Below are positions 29,781 to 40,159 of a stretch of 64,000 nt of DNA, in pieces. Origin of the DNA: an uncultured Actinomycetes bacterium (GTDB lineage: Bacteria > Actinomycetota > Actinomycetes > Streptosporangiales > Streptosporangiaceae). Position 1 is the first letter of the stretch, and every line of letters starts with the position of its first letter. The stretch is from assembly GCA_963849595.1 (NCBI GenBank), contig CAWKIB010000060.1, positions 16,860 through 80,859 of the forward strand, read 5' to 3'. The notes beneath the pieces are model-generated. The model ran no database searches, was not told the DNA's origin, and worked only from the letters and a program-made list of their open reading frames with translations. The translations under genes were made by a program, and so were the position numbers.

Positions 29781-31920
29781 GTGGCGGTGCGTAAGGCGAC
29801 CGGCCTGCTTTCGGCCGGCCAGGGCAGCGAGCTCCCGGAGACCATCTGGTATTCGGCCAAGCGCCGCCTGCTCGGCCCGCCGATGATCAACGAGCAGCTG
29901 CGGAGCAGCGGCTGTCAAAGTCTCTCGCGCTGGGCGTGCTGTCCCCGGACGGCATCTCCTCCGCGGCGTACGGCACCGAGGAAATGCTCATCGTGAGCTG
30001 CCAGCTCTTCGGCCTCACGGCCTTCGCGGTGCTGATGCCGATGACGCCGTGGTCCTGTTCGGCATGCTGCTCGTGGTGCTCCTCTACCGCGAGGTGGTGT
30101 CGTCTACACCCGCGCCGGCGGGTCCTACGTGGTCGCCAGGGACAACTTCGGGCCGCGGATCGCCCAGGTCGCCGCCGTGGCGCTGCTGATCGACTACGTG
30201 GTCACCGTCGCCGTGCAGACCGCGGCCGGCATCCGCGATCATCGTGTCCGCGTTCCCCGCGCTGGGCAGGATTCCCGGCCATCGGCCCGATCTGGATCCT
30301 GACGCTCATCTCGGTCGCCCACATCCTGATGATGTGCTACGGCAACCTGCGCGGCATCCGGGAGGCGGGCAAGATCGTTCGCGCTGCCCACCTACCTGTT
30401 CTCCGGGTCGGTCGATCCTGATGATCGTGGTCGGGATCGTCCGCGAGGCGCTCGGTAACCTGCCGCAGCAGAACATCTACGCCCTCCACGGGCTTTCCCC
30501 ATCGGCAACAGGCACCTCCAGCGTTACCAGCTTGGTGATCATCTTCGTCCTGCTGAAGGCGTTCGCCAACGGCGGCGCCTCCCTGACCGGCATCGAGGCG
30601 GTCTCCAACGCCGTCAGCGCGTTCAGGCCCCCCGAGGGCATCAACGCCCGCCGGGTACTGGTGATCGAGGGCCTGATCCATCGGCACTCCTGGTGGCCGG
30701 CATCTCCTGGCTCGCGCACCTGACCCACGCCGCCCCCTATCGTGCTCGGCTACCCGACCGTGCTCTCGCAGGAAGCCGACATAGTGTTCGGGCCGGCCGG
30801 GCACTTCATGTTCTGGGTGGTGCAGGCGGCGACCGCGCTGATCTTGTACACCGGGGGGAACACCAGCTTCAACGGCTTCCCGTTCCTGACCAGCTTCGTC
30901 GCCGAGGACTCCTTCCTGCCGCGGTGGTTGATGAAGCGCGGGCCAGCGGCTGGTCTTCTCCAACGGCATCATCGTGCTGACGGTGCGTGTCCTGACCCTG
31001 ATCGGGGTCGTCGGCGCCAACGTCGAAAGCTGCTCGTCCCGTTCTACGCGATCGGCGTGTTCACCGCCTTCACCATGGCCGGGTTCGGCATGGCGAAGTA
31101 CTTACCGCGCGCACCAGGGGACCAGGCTGGCGGCACAAGCTGGTCATCAGCACGATCGGCCGGGGTGCTCACCTCGATCGTGGTAGTGATCTTCGCGATG
31201 GTCAAGTTCACCGCGGGCGCCTGGCTGATCGTGATCATCTTCCCGATCGTGGTGTTCGCGCTGATCAGGCTCAACCGGCAGTACCGCGGCGAGGCGGGCG
31301 CCCTGCAGACCATCGGGGACCGCCGCGCGTCCGGGGTGGGACCGAGCCAGCCGAACTACAGCCGCCGGGTGGTCATCATCTTCGTGGACGACTTCGACCT
31401 GTCCACCATCGCGGCGATCCGGTACGCCAAGGGCCTGCGGCCGACGACGATGCGCGCCGTGCACTTCGTCATCGACACCGAGCAGGCCGAAAAGCTGCGG
31501 CAGGCCTGGCTGCCCGACAGGAGCGTGTCGCTGGAGTTCGTCGACGCCCCGGACCGCAGGCTGACCCGGGCCGCCGCCGAACTGGTCAGCCAGGAGGCGG
31601 CCACCCCCGGCACCCAGGTGACCGTGATCCTGCCCCGGCGCAGCTTCTCGCCGCTGCTCGGCCGGCTGCTGCACGACCGGACCGCGGACAAGATCGCCGG
31701 CGTGGTCAGCCGGGTCCCCAACGCCGCCGCCACCATCATCCCGTTCGACGTGCAGAACCGCCTGCACGTCCTGCAGGAACGCCAGGCCGTCCGGGCCGGC
31801 ACCGCCCCCGCGTCGCTGACCCCGGTCCCCGGCCCCCCCGCCAACGGCGAGACGGCCGAGCCCCGCGACCGCACCGTCGACTGCGACGGCGGCACCGCCG
31901 ACCGCGACCGCAGCCGCTGA
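29781..31920 (+). pseudogene. APC-superfamily permease with C-terminal cytosolic domain, copy A; at least 10 frame breaks, ends at the in-frame TGA 31918-31920
   Basis: It is about 70% identical at protein level to copy B wherever the frame can be followed: WYSAKRRLLGPP, LALGVLSPDGISSAAYGTEE, GGSYVVARDNFGPRIAQV, LLKAFANGGASLTGIEAVSNAVSAFRPPEG, LYTGGNTSFNGFPFLTSF and LLHDRTADKIAG. Confidence 0.75.
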
Positions 31921-32061
31921 CCGCGAGCCCCCGCCCGCCGCGCCGCCGCGGCCGCCGCGGCCAAGCCCGAGCCGCTGCCCGGCGCCGGCGGCTACGACCG
32001 GCCCATCCCGCCGCCCGGCGTCACCCCGATCGGCTCCATCCAGGAGCCGGGCCGGACCATC

Positions 32062-32331
32062 GTGGAGGGCCGCGTCCGGATGGTCGAGGTCCGGTCGGTG
32101 GAACGCAACTCCGTGCTGGCCGCCGAGATCGCCGACTCCACCGGCGACCTGACCGCCCTGTTCTACGGCCGGTCCAACATCCCCGGCCTGATGTGCGGCT
32201 CCCGGGTCCGGTTCCGCGGCGCGGTCGGCATCAAGGACGGCGCCCCGGTCATGATCAACCCCGCCTACGAGCTCATGGTCCCCTACCCCAGCGGCAAGCC
32301 CGCCAAGGACGGCAAGAAGTCTCCCCCGTAG
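32062..32331 (+). CDS. OB-fold domain, copy A. It is in the same frame as the permease ORF, and the conserved sequence already begins upstream of the first possible start (about 31990).
   Basis: GVTPIGSIQEPGRTIVEGRVRMVEVRSVERNSVLAAEIADSTGDLTALFYGRSNIPGLMCGSRVRFRGAVG...NPAYEL matches the C-terminal domain of copy B. The frame of 32062 equals the frame of 30742..31920. Confidence 0.65.
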   Translation: MEGRVRMVEVRSVERNSVLAAEIADSTGDLTALFYGRSNIPGLMCGSRVRFRGAVGIKDGAPVMINPAYELMVPYPSGKPAKDGKKSPP

Positions 32332-32333
32332 GG

Positions 32334-33036
32334 TCAGGGTTCGAGCTCGACCGGGTCGCCCACCGCGACCCGCCCCGGGGCCACGGTCGTGCCGTAGACC
32401 CCGAGCCGGGCGTCGCGTTCCCGCGCGATGGCGCGCAGCACCGCCGGGTTGCGGCGCAGCGTCACCGGGTCGATGGTGACCATCACGCACCGCTGGTCAC
32501 GCTGGTCCACCCGCATCCGCAGCCCGCCGACGCGCAGCACCCGCCCGACCCAGCCGTCCTCGGGGAACTCTCCGCCGCGGCGCGTCCACCAGCAGGTTGG
32601 GCCGGAACCGCGGCGCCGTCAGGCCGGTGCCGGCCAGCCGCCCGAGCCCGGCCAGCGCCTGCGTGCTCAGCAGCGACAGCGGCATCGTGTCGAACACCCC
32701 GCGGTTCTGCTTGATCACCCGTACGCCCGTCCCGAGCTCGGCCGCGAGCTCGGGACAGGCCACGTCGAGCTCGCTCCCCGACGGCGTCCGCACCAGCGTC
32801 GGCGAGGCGTCGGGCCGGTCCGGCTCGGCGAACCGCGGCCGGTAGCGGGCCATCTCGGGATGTTCCCGGATCGTCAGCCACGGAAAGCCGCTGCGCACCT
32901 GCCCGTCCCGGATGAACGCCCACCGCCGGTCGCCCGCCAGCCCGTGCCACGAGACCTCGACGCCGTCCAGCTCCTCGCCCGCCATGGATTTCACCGGGTA
33001 CCGCCACAGCCCGACGACGCGACCCACCACGGTCAT
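32334..33036 (-). pseudogene. MOSC-domain protein; one frame break near 32550
   Basis: VGLWRYPVKSMAGEEL...WHGLAGDRRWA is the MOSC N-terminal beta-barrel. The C-terminal part (CVMVTIDPVT...GVYG..V..G.V.VGD) is in ORF 32334..32540. Confidence 0.75.
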
Positions 33037-33154
33037 GACCGCCTCCGCCGGCTCGAAGGCGCCCTTGCCGATAAGGAGGGGTGTCGAGCGTAGCGGACCT
33101 AATCCGTCGCAGCGCCTCTCGACCCCACCAGCATAACCGCCGACCCGGACGGGA

Positions 33155-35610
33155 CTACAGAGCGGGGAACAGCAGCTCGTAGGCCGGGTTGGTCATGACC
33201 GGGTGGCCGTCCTTGATCCCGACCGAGCCGCGGAACCGGACCCGCGCCCCGCACACGATGCCCGGGATGTGCGAGCGCCCGTAGAACATGGCCGTGAGCT
33301 GGCCCGTCCCGTCGGAGACCTCGCAGGCCAGCACCGAGTTCCGCTCCACCGGCCGGATCTCCACCACCCTGATCCGGCCCTCCACGGCGGCCCGCCCCGG
33401 CTTGGTCAGCGCCCCGATGGGCGTGATCCCCGGCGCCGCCGGCTCCTCGGCGGGTTGCGGTGAGCCGTTCTTCTCCGGCGAGCGCTGGCCGTTCTTCGCC
33501 GGCCACACGGACTGCGGGCCCGCGGCCTGCGGACCGGCCGCGCCGGCCGGCGGCCCCGCCGCCGCGCCGTGCGCCGCGGCCACGTCGGCCTCCCCGGACC
33601 TGACCTTCGTATCGGCGGTCCCGTCCGTGGCCGCGAGCTTGGCTGCCAGGCGTTCATGCAGGACCCGGACCCGGCTCTCCACGTCGTAGGGCACGATGGT
33701 GGCCGCCGAGCGCGGGATGCGGCTCACCACGGCGGCGATCTTGTCCGCGGTCCGGTCGTGCAGCAGCCGGCCGAGCAGCGCGGAGTAGCTGCGCCGGGGC
33801 AGCACCACGGTCACGTGCGTGTCGGGTTCGGCGGCTTCCCGCTCGACCAGTTCGGCCGCGGCCCGGGTCAGCCTGCGGTCCGAGACGTCGATGAAGTCCA
33901 GCGGCACGCCGCGGTCGGCCCGGGTCCACTTCTCCCGGAGCTTCTCGGCCTGGACGTTGTCGATGACGAAGTGCACCGCCCGCAACGTGGTCGGCCGCAG
34001 GCTCCGCGCGTAGCGCAGCGCGGCCAGGGTGGACAGGTCGAAGCCGTCCACGAACACGAACACGGTGCGCCGGCTGTAGTGCGGGGGCGGCGGCGGCTGG
34101 TGCTCGCTGATCGTCTCGAGCACCTCGGACTCGGCCGCGTACCCGCGGTTGATCCTGATCAGCGCCGGGACCAGGACGACGAACAGGACCACGACCACCC
34201 AGGCGCCCTCGGTGAACTTCACGACCGCGAAGATGGCGACCACGATCAGCGTCATCACGCCGGCCGAGAAGTTGATGATCAGCCGGCGACGCCAGCCTGG
34301 CGTCCGGTGCCTGCTGTGATACTTGGCCATGCCGAAGCCGGCCATCGAGAAGGCGGTGAACACGCCGATGGCGTACAGCGGGACCAGGTTGTTGACGTCC
34401 GCGTCCTTGATGATCAGCAGCGCCGAGGACGTGATGGTCAGCAGGATGATGGCGTTGGAGAACACGAGCCGGTGCCCGCGCTTGAGCAGCCACCGGGGCA
34501 GGAACGAGTCGCCCGCCACGTAACTGGTCAGGAACGGGAAGCCGTTGAAGCTGGTGTTGCCGCCGGTGTACAGGATGAGCATGGTCGCAGCCTGGACCAG
34601 ATAGAAAAGAGCCTGCCCCACGAAGGTAGACCCGAAGACGAGCTGGGCCTCCTGGGCCAGCACGGTCGGGATAGCCAAGCTTGTACGGCGTGGCGTGCGT
34701 GGCGTGCGCCAGCCAGGAGATGCCCGCCACCAGGGTGCCGAGGATCGCGCCCTCGGCCATGAGCACCTGGCGCGCGTTCCGCCCCTCGGGCGGCCGGAAC
34801 GCGCCCACGGCGTCCGAGACCGCCTCGATGCCGGTCAGCGACGCGCCGCCGTTGGCGAACGCGCGGAGCAGGGTGAAGATCATCACGCCCGTGATCAGCC
34901 CGGCCGAGCCGGAGCCGAGACCGTAGGCGCCGTGCAGCGTGGCCGGGTCGACGCGCGGCAGGTTCCCCAGCACCTCGCGGATCAGCCCGACGATGATCAT
35001 CAAGATGACCGCGCCCGCGAACAGGTAGGTCGGTATCGCAAAGGACCGGCCCGCCTCCTTCAGGCCCCGCAGGTTCCCGAAGCACATGAGCAGGACCACG
35101 CCGACGCAGATCTCGAGCTTGTAGGGGCCGATCGACGGGAACGCGGAGGCCACGGCGGCCGTACCCGCCGCGATCTGGACCGCCACGGTCACCACGTAGT
35201 CGATGAGCAGCGCGACCGCGCACACCTGCGCGATGCGCGGGCCGAAGTTCTCGCGCGCCACCACGTACGATCCGCCCGGCCTGATGTAGACCATGACGAT
35301 CTCGCGGTAGGACGAGCAGCACGAGCACCATGACGAACAAGATGACCAGCGTCATGGGCAGGATCAGGCTGAACGCGGCCACGCCCATCGCGGGCACCAG
35401 CACGATGAGGATCTCCTCGGTGCCGTAGGCCGAGGAGGAGATCCCGTCCGGGGACAGCACGCCGAGCGCGAGCGGCTTGGACAGCCGCTGCTCGCCGAGG
35501 TCCTGGTTGACCAGCGGCGGCCCGAGCAGCCTGCGCTTGGTGGAGTACCAGAAGGTATCGGGCAGGCCAGCACTCCGTTCCAGGAGGGCTGCTGCCTTGC
35601 GCGTGGCCAC
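33155..35610 (-). pseudogene. APC-superfamily permease + cytosolic domain + C-terminal OB-fold domain in one reading frame, copy B; 2 frame breaks (~35300, ~34680)
   Basis: Three track ORFs (34528..35610, 33654..35294, 33155..34678) join into one protein. The last ORF runs without a stop from the permease TM region through the cytosolic domain into ..GITPIGALTKPGRAAVEGRIRVVEIRPVERNSVLACEV..NPAYELLFPAL. Confidence 0.75.
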
Positions 35611-35940
35611 TATCTGCGCCTTCCGTCAGTCAAGATCCCTTTTTGGGCGCCAGAGACTTCATATCACCACACCCGGCGTGCGCGTAACCTGCGGCGGCGC
35701 GCCGGGGGTGCTGGAGTCATCGTGGCCAGCGTGGGAAGGACTACCCGTTTACCGCGGGTTCACCCGCGTGGATCATGCTTGAGGCGGGCTGGACCGTGAT
35801 GCGGGCGGCAGGGCGATAATGACAGGCTCGCTGAGGAAGGCGTTACCGTCCGGACAAGAAGAGGCTTCCCATGACGACACCGACCCCAGAACCCCCGACC
35901 ACCGCCGGGCCCGGCGCCGCGGCCGGACGACAGGATCACC

Positions 35941-37204
35941 TTGCGCCTGTCCCGGCTGCTCAAGCGGCCGGTGGCGGACCGCAGCGGCGAGTCGATCGGG
36001 CGGCTGGCGGACATCATCGTCCGGCTCCGCGGCACCGACTACCCGCTCGTCACCGGCCTGGTGGCCGCGGTCGGCGGGCGGGAGATCTTCGTGCCCGTCG
36101 ACCAGGTGAGCACCTTCGAGGGCGATCCGGTGCGGCTGTCGAGCGCGCGCCTGGACCTGCGGCACTTCGAGCGCAGGGAGGGCGAGGTACTGCTGCGGGC
36201 CGACGTGCTGGGTCACCGGCTCATCGACGTGGAGAACGCGCGCCTGGTCCGCGCCGCCGACCTGGAGCTGGCCAAGGACGGCGAGGAGTGGGTGCTGGCC
36301 GGGGTGGATACCCGGCGCCGCCCGCGCCGGCTCTTCGGGCTGCTCGCCCCGGAGGCGCCCGACGATACCAGCGCCTTCCGCGACTGGCACGACTTCGAGT
36401 GGCTCATCGGGCACGAGGGCAGCGCGCTGCTGCGCGGCCCGTTCGCCCGCATCCGCCGGCTGAAGCCGGCCCAGATCGCCGACCTGCTGGAGGAGGCCTC
36501 CAAGGAGGAGGAGACCGAGATCCTGGGCCGGGTGCACGCCGACCCCGAGCTCGAGGCGGACGTGTTCGAGGAACTGGACGAGGACCTGGCCACCCGCCTG
36601 CTCGGCGCGCGGACGAACGAGGAGATCGCCGCCGTACTGGCCCGGATGCGCGCCGACGACGCCGCCGACGCGATCGCCGAACTGCCCCAGCAGCGCCGGC
36701 AGCCCGTCCTGGACCTGCTGCCGCCCGCCCAGCGGACCAAGGTGCTGACCCTGATGGGCTTCAACAGCCACGAGCGCGGGCGGGCTGATGGGGGTGGACT
36801 TCGTCGCCCTGCCCGGCATGAGCAGCGTCGCCGACGCGCTGGCCCGGGTCCGCGAGTCGCCCTCGCTCCAGCCCGAGGCGCTGACCAGCGTGCACGCCGT
36901 CGACGACGAGGGCGTGCTGCGCGGGGTGGCCCGGCTGGTCACCCTGGTCCAGTCCGATCCCGGCGCGACCCTGATCGACGTGTCCGACACCGATCCGGTC
37001 CGGGTCGGCACGGACACCGACATCACCGACGTGGCCGTGCTGATGACCGACTACAACCTGATCACCATCCCCGTCGTGGACGACGAGCGCCGCCTGCTCG
37101 GCGTGATCACCGTCGACGACGTCCTCGAGGTCGTGCTGCCGGATGACTGGCGGCGCCGCGAGGTCGCCCAGCCGCCGGACGCCCCCCACGGGGACCCCCG
37201 ATGA
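35941..37204 (+). pseudogene. soluble PRC-barrel + MgtE_N + CBS-pair protein (MgtE cytoplasmic-sensor architecture with no transporter domain); one frame break near 36770. The true start may be the ATG at 35871, with another break.
   Basis: It has PRC-like repeats (LLKRPVADRSGESIGRLADIIV; VLGHRLIDVENARLVRAADLEL), an MgtE_N-like acidic helical region (IADLLEEASKEEETEILG...DEDLATRLL...MRADDAADAIAELP) and a CBS pair (..ITIPVVDDERRLLGVITVDDVLEVV). No TM segments are present. Confidence 0.7.
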
Positions 37205-38972
37205 CCACGCGCGACGAGCACCCGCAGCCAGGCGGGTCTCCGCCGCTCGCTCCGGCTCCGGGACCCGCCGCGTCCGTGCCATCTCCCGAGCCTGCCGCGC
37301 GCTCGAAGTCCCCGCCCCCGCCGCCACAAGGGTCCCCCCCGGCGCAGCTCCGCCGGCCGAGCGCGGTGCTCGACGACGCCCACCTCGGGGATATCGAGGG
37401 CGCGCTCGGCCGGATCCGGCTGAGCGATGAGGATCAGGAACGCCGCGGGCTCAAGCGCAAGCTGATCACGTTCCTGGCCATCGTCGGGCCCGGGCTGATC
37501 GTGATGGTCGGCGACAACGACGCCGGCGGCGTGTCCACCTACGCGCAGGCCGGGCAGAACTACGGGTACACCCTGCTGTGGACCCTGCTGCTGCTGATCC
37601 CGGTGCTGATCGTCAACCAGGAGATGGTGGTCCGGCTCGGCGCGGTCACCGGCGTCGGGCACGCCCGGCTCATCAACGAGCGGTTCGGCCGGTTCTGGGG
37701 CTGGTTCAGCGTCGGCGACCTGTTCATCCTGAACTTCCTGACCATCGTCACCGAGTTCATCGGCGTCTCGCTCGCCCTGCAGTATTTCCACGTCAGCCCG
37801 TACATCTCGGTGCCGATCGCCGGGATCGTCCTGATCGCGATCACCGCGAGCGGCAGCTTCGCCCGCTGGGAGCGGTCGATGTTCGCGTTCATCGCGGTCA
37901 GCCTGATCCTGTTCCCGCTCGCGTTCACGTCCGACCCCAGCTGGGGGCAGATCGGCTACCACTTCGTCGTCCCCGGCGTCCAGGGCGGGGTCACCTCGAC
38001 CGCGGTGCTGCTGATCATCGCGATCGTCGGCACCACGGTCGCGCCCTGGCAGCTGTTCTTCCAGCAGTCCAACGTCATCGACAAGCGGATCACGCCGCGG
38101 TTCATCGGCTACGAGCGCGCCGACACCACGCTGGGCGCGTTCGTCGTGGTGATCGGGGCGTCCGCGATCCTGATCACCGCCGTCTTCGCGGTGCGGGGCA
38201 CCACCTGGCCGGGCACTTCACCAACGCGCTCGGGGTGGCCCGCGCGCTCGAGATGCACGGCCAGTGGTACGGCGCGGCCTTCTCCATCGTGCTGCTGGAC
38301 GCGTCCATCATCGGCGCGTCCGCGGTCACCCTGTCCACCAGCTACGCGTTCGGCGACGTGTTCGGCATCAAGCACTCGCTGCACCGCAAGTTCAGGGAGG
38401 CCAAGCCGTTCTACGCCACCTACTCCGCGATGATCGTGGCGTCGGCGGTGATCGTGCTCATCCCCGGCACCCCGCTCGGGCTGCTCACCACGGCGGTGCA
38501 GGCCCTGGCCGGGATCCTGCTGCCGAGCGCCGGCCGTGTTCCTGCTGCTGCTGTGCAACGACCGCGAGGTGCTCGGCCCGTGGATGAACCCGCGCTGGCT
38601 GAACATCCTGGCCTCCTTCATCATCGGCGTGCTGCTCGTGCTGTCCGGCACGCTGGTCGTCACCACGCTGTTCACTCAACCTCGACGCGCTTGAAGGTCG
38701 CCATCTGGATCGCCATCGGGCTGGTGGCGGTGGCCGCCCTGGCCGGGGCGTGGTTCTGGCTGACCAGGAACCGCCGGCCCCGCCCGCGACCGCGCCCGCG
38801 GGCCACCATGTCCGAGGCCGACCGGCTGGCCTGGCGCATGCCGCCGATCGCGCTGCTCAAGCCGGCCGAGTGGTCCACGGGAAGGAAGGTCGCCCTGCTG
38901 ACCATGCGCGGCTACCTGGTGATCTCGGTCCTGCTGCTGATCGTCAAGGCCGTCAAGCTGGGCGGCGGCTAA
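37201..38972 (+). pseudogene. Nramp/SLC11-family transporter with non-canonical metal-site motifs (NRMT-like); about 3 frame breaks (~38215, ~38535, ~38680)
   Basis: GPGLIVMVGDNDAGGVSTYAQAGQNYGYTLLW aligns with the Nramp TM1 region (DAGG at 37519-37530 in place of DPGN). AIVGTTVAPWQLFFQQS aligns with TM6 (APW at 38041-38049 in place of MPH). The ATG overlaps the stop of the upstream gene (ATGA). Confidence 0.75.
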
Positions 38973-39085
38973 CACCCTGACTCAGGAGGCCTACGCGCAC
39001 GCCGCGACGGCCCTGCAGCCGTAACCCGGACCCGCCAGGTAGTGCCAGACTGGTGACATGACTGACGTCGCCACGTTTCCGTTCG

Positions 39086-40132
39086 GTGCTTGACGGCTTC
39101 CCCGCCTACCAGCCGGGCCGGACCCCGGTCAGCTCGGCGGGCAAGTCGCACAAGCTCTCGTCCAACGAGTCCCCGTACGCGCCGCTCCCCTCGGTGATCG
39201 AGGTGATCGCCGAGGAGGCGCGGTCGGTCAACCGCTATCCGGACAACGGGGCGCAGGCGCTGATCGCGGCCATCGCGGAGCGGTTCAGCGTCCCCGCGCG
39301 GCACGTCGCGGTCGGGTGCGGGTCGGTCGGCGTCACGCAGCAGCTCCTCGAGGCGATCGGTGAACCCGGCGCCGAGGTCATGTACGCGTGGCGCTCGTTC
39401 GAGGCGTACCCGACCCTGGCCGACCTGGCGGCTGCCGAGTCGATCCGCGTCCCCCTCAAGCAAGAAACGCACGACCTGGCCGCGATGGCCGACGCGATCA
39501 CCCCGCGCACCCGGCTGATCTTCGTCTGCAACCCGAACAACCCGACCGGCACCGTGGTGCGCGGCCCGGAGCTCGAGGACTTCCTCGACCTGGTGCCCGC
39601 CGACTGCCTGGTCGTGCTCGACGAGGCCTACCACGAGTACATCCGGGACGAGGCGGTCCCCGACGGCGTGACCGTGTACCGCGACCGGCCGAACGTCGCC
39701 GTCCTGCGCACCTTCTCCAAGGCCTACGGCCTGGCCGGGCTGCGCACCGGGTTCATGATCGCGCACGAGCCGGTCGCGGCCGCGGTCCGGGCCACCATGC
39801 TGCCGTTCACGGTCAACCGGCTCGCCCAGGCCGCGGCCATCGCCTCCCTGGCCGCCGAGGCCGAACTGCTCGAACGCGTCGAGTTCATGGTCAAGGAGCG
39901 GACCCGGGTCCACGAGGCGCTGCTCGCCGACGGCTGGACCGTCCCGCCCACCGAGGCCAACTTCGTCTGGCTCCGGCTCGGCGAGCACACCCCGGCCTTC
40001 GCCGCCGCCTGCGCGGAGGTCGGCATCGCGGTCCGCCCGTTCGCCGCCGAGGGCGCCCGGATCAGCATCGGCGACCCCGAAGCCAACGACGCGCTCCTCG
40101 CAGTCGCTCGCGCCTTCCCGCACCGTAACTGA
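39086..40132 (+). CDS. class I/II aminotransferase of the histidinol-phosphate/aromatic aminotransferase (HisC/Pat) family
   Basis: Contains [20 protein letters not shown] and the pyridoxal-Lys motif [15 protein letters not shown]. The ATG at 39058 is in another frame, so the true start may be there with a frame break. Confidence 0.8.
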   Translation: MLDGFPAYQPGRTPVSSAGKSHKLSSNESPYAPLPSVIEVIAEEARSVNRYPDNGAQALIAAIAERFSVPARHVAVGCGSVGVTQQLLEAIGEPGAEVMYAWRSFEAYPTLADLAAAESIRVPLKQETHDLAAMADAITPRTRLIFVCNPNNPTGTVVRGPELEDFLDLVPADCLVVLDEAYHEYIRDEAVPDGVTVYRDRPNVAVLRTFSKAYGLAGLRTGFMIAHEPVAAAVRATMLPFTVNRLAQAAAIASLAAEAELLERVEFMVKERTRVHEALLADGWTVPPTEANFVWLRLGEHTPAFAAACAEVGIAVRPFAAEGARISIGDPEANDALLAVARAFPHRN

Positions 40133-40159
40133 GCCCGGCCGCAGCGAAAGGCGAGCGCC

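Noticed and set aside
35611-35940. A riboswitch (M-box, Mn2+ yybP-ykoY, or c-di-AMP ydaO type) in the leaders of the MgtE_N/Nramp operon and of the two permease genes (also 29614-29780).
   Set aside because: I could not find the conserved core sequences that I remember for these classes. Only a short CGCGGG-TGAA-CCCGCG hairpin and TTGAC-type promoter-like boxes are present. A covariance-model scan would be needed to exclude them properly.
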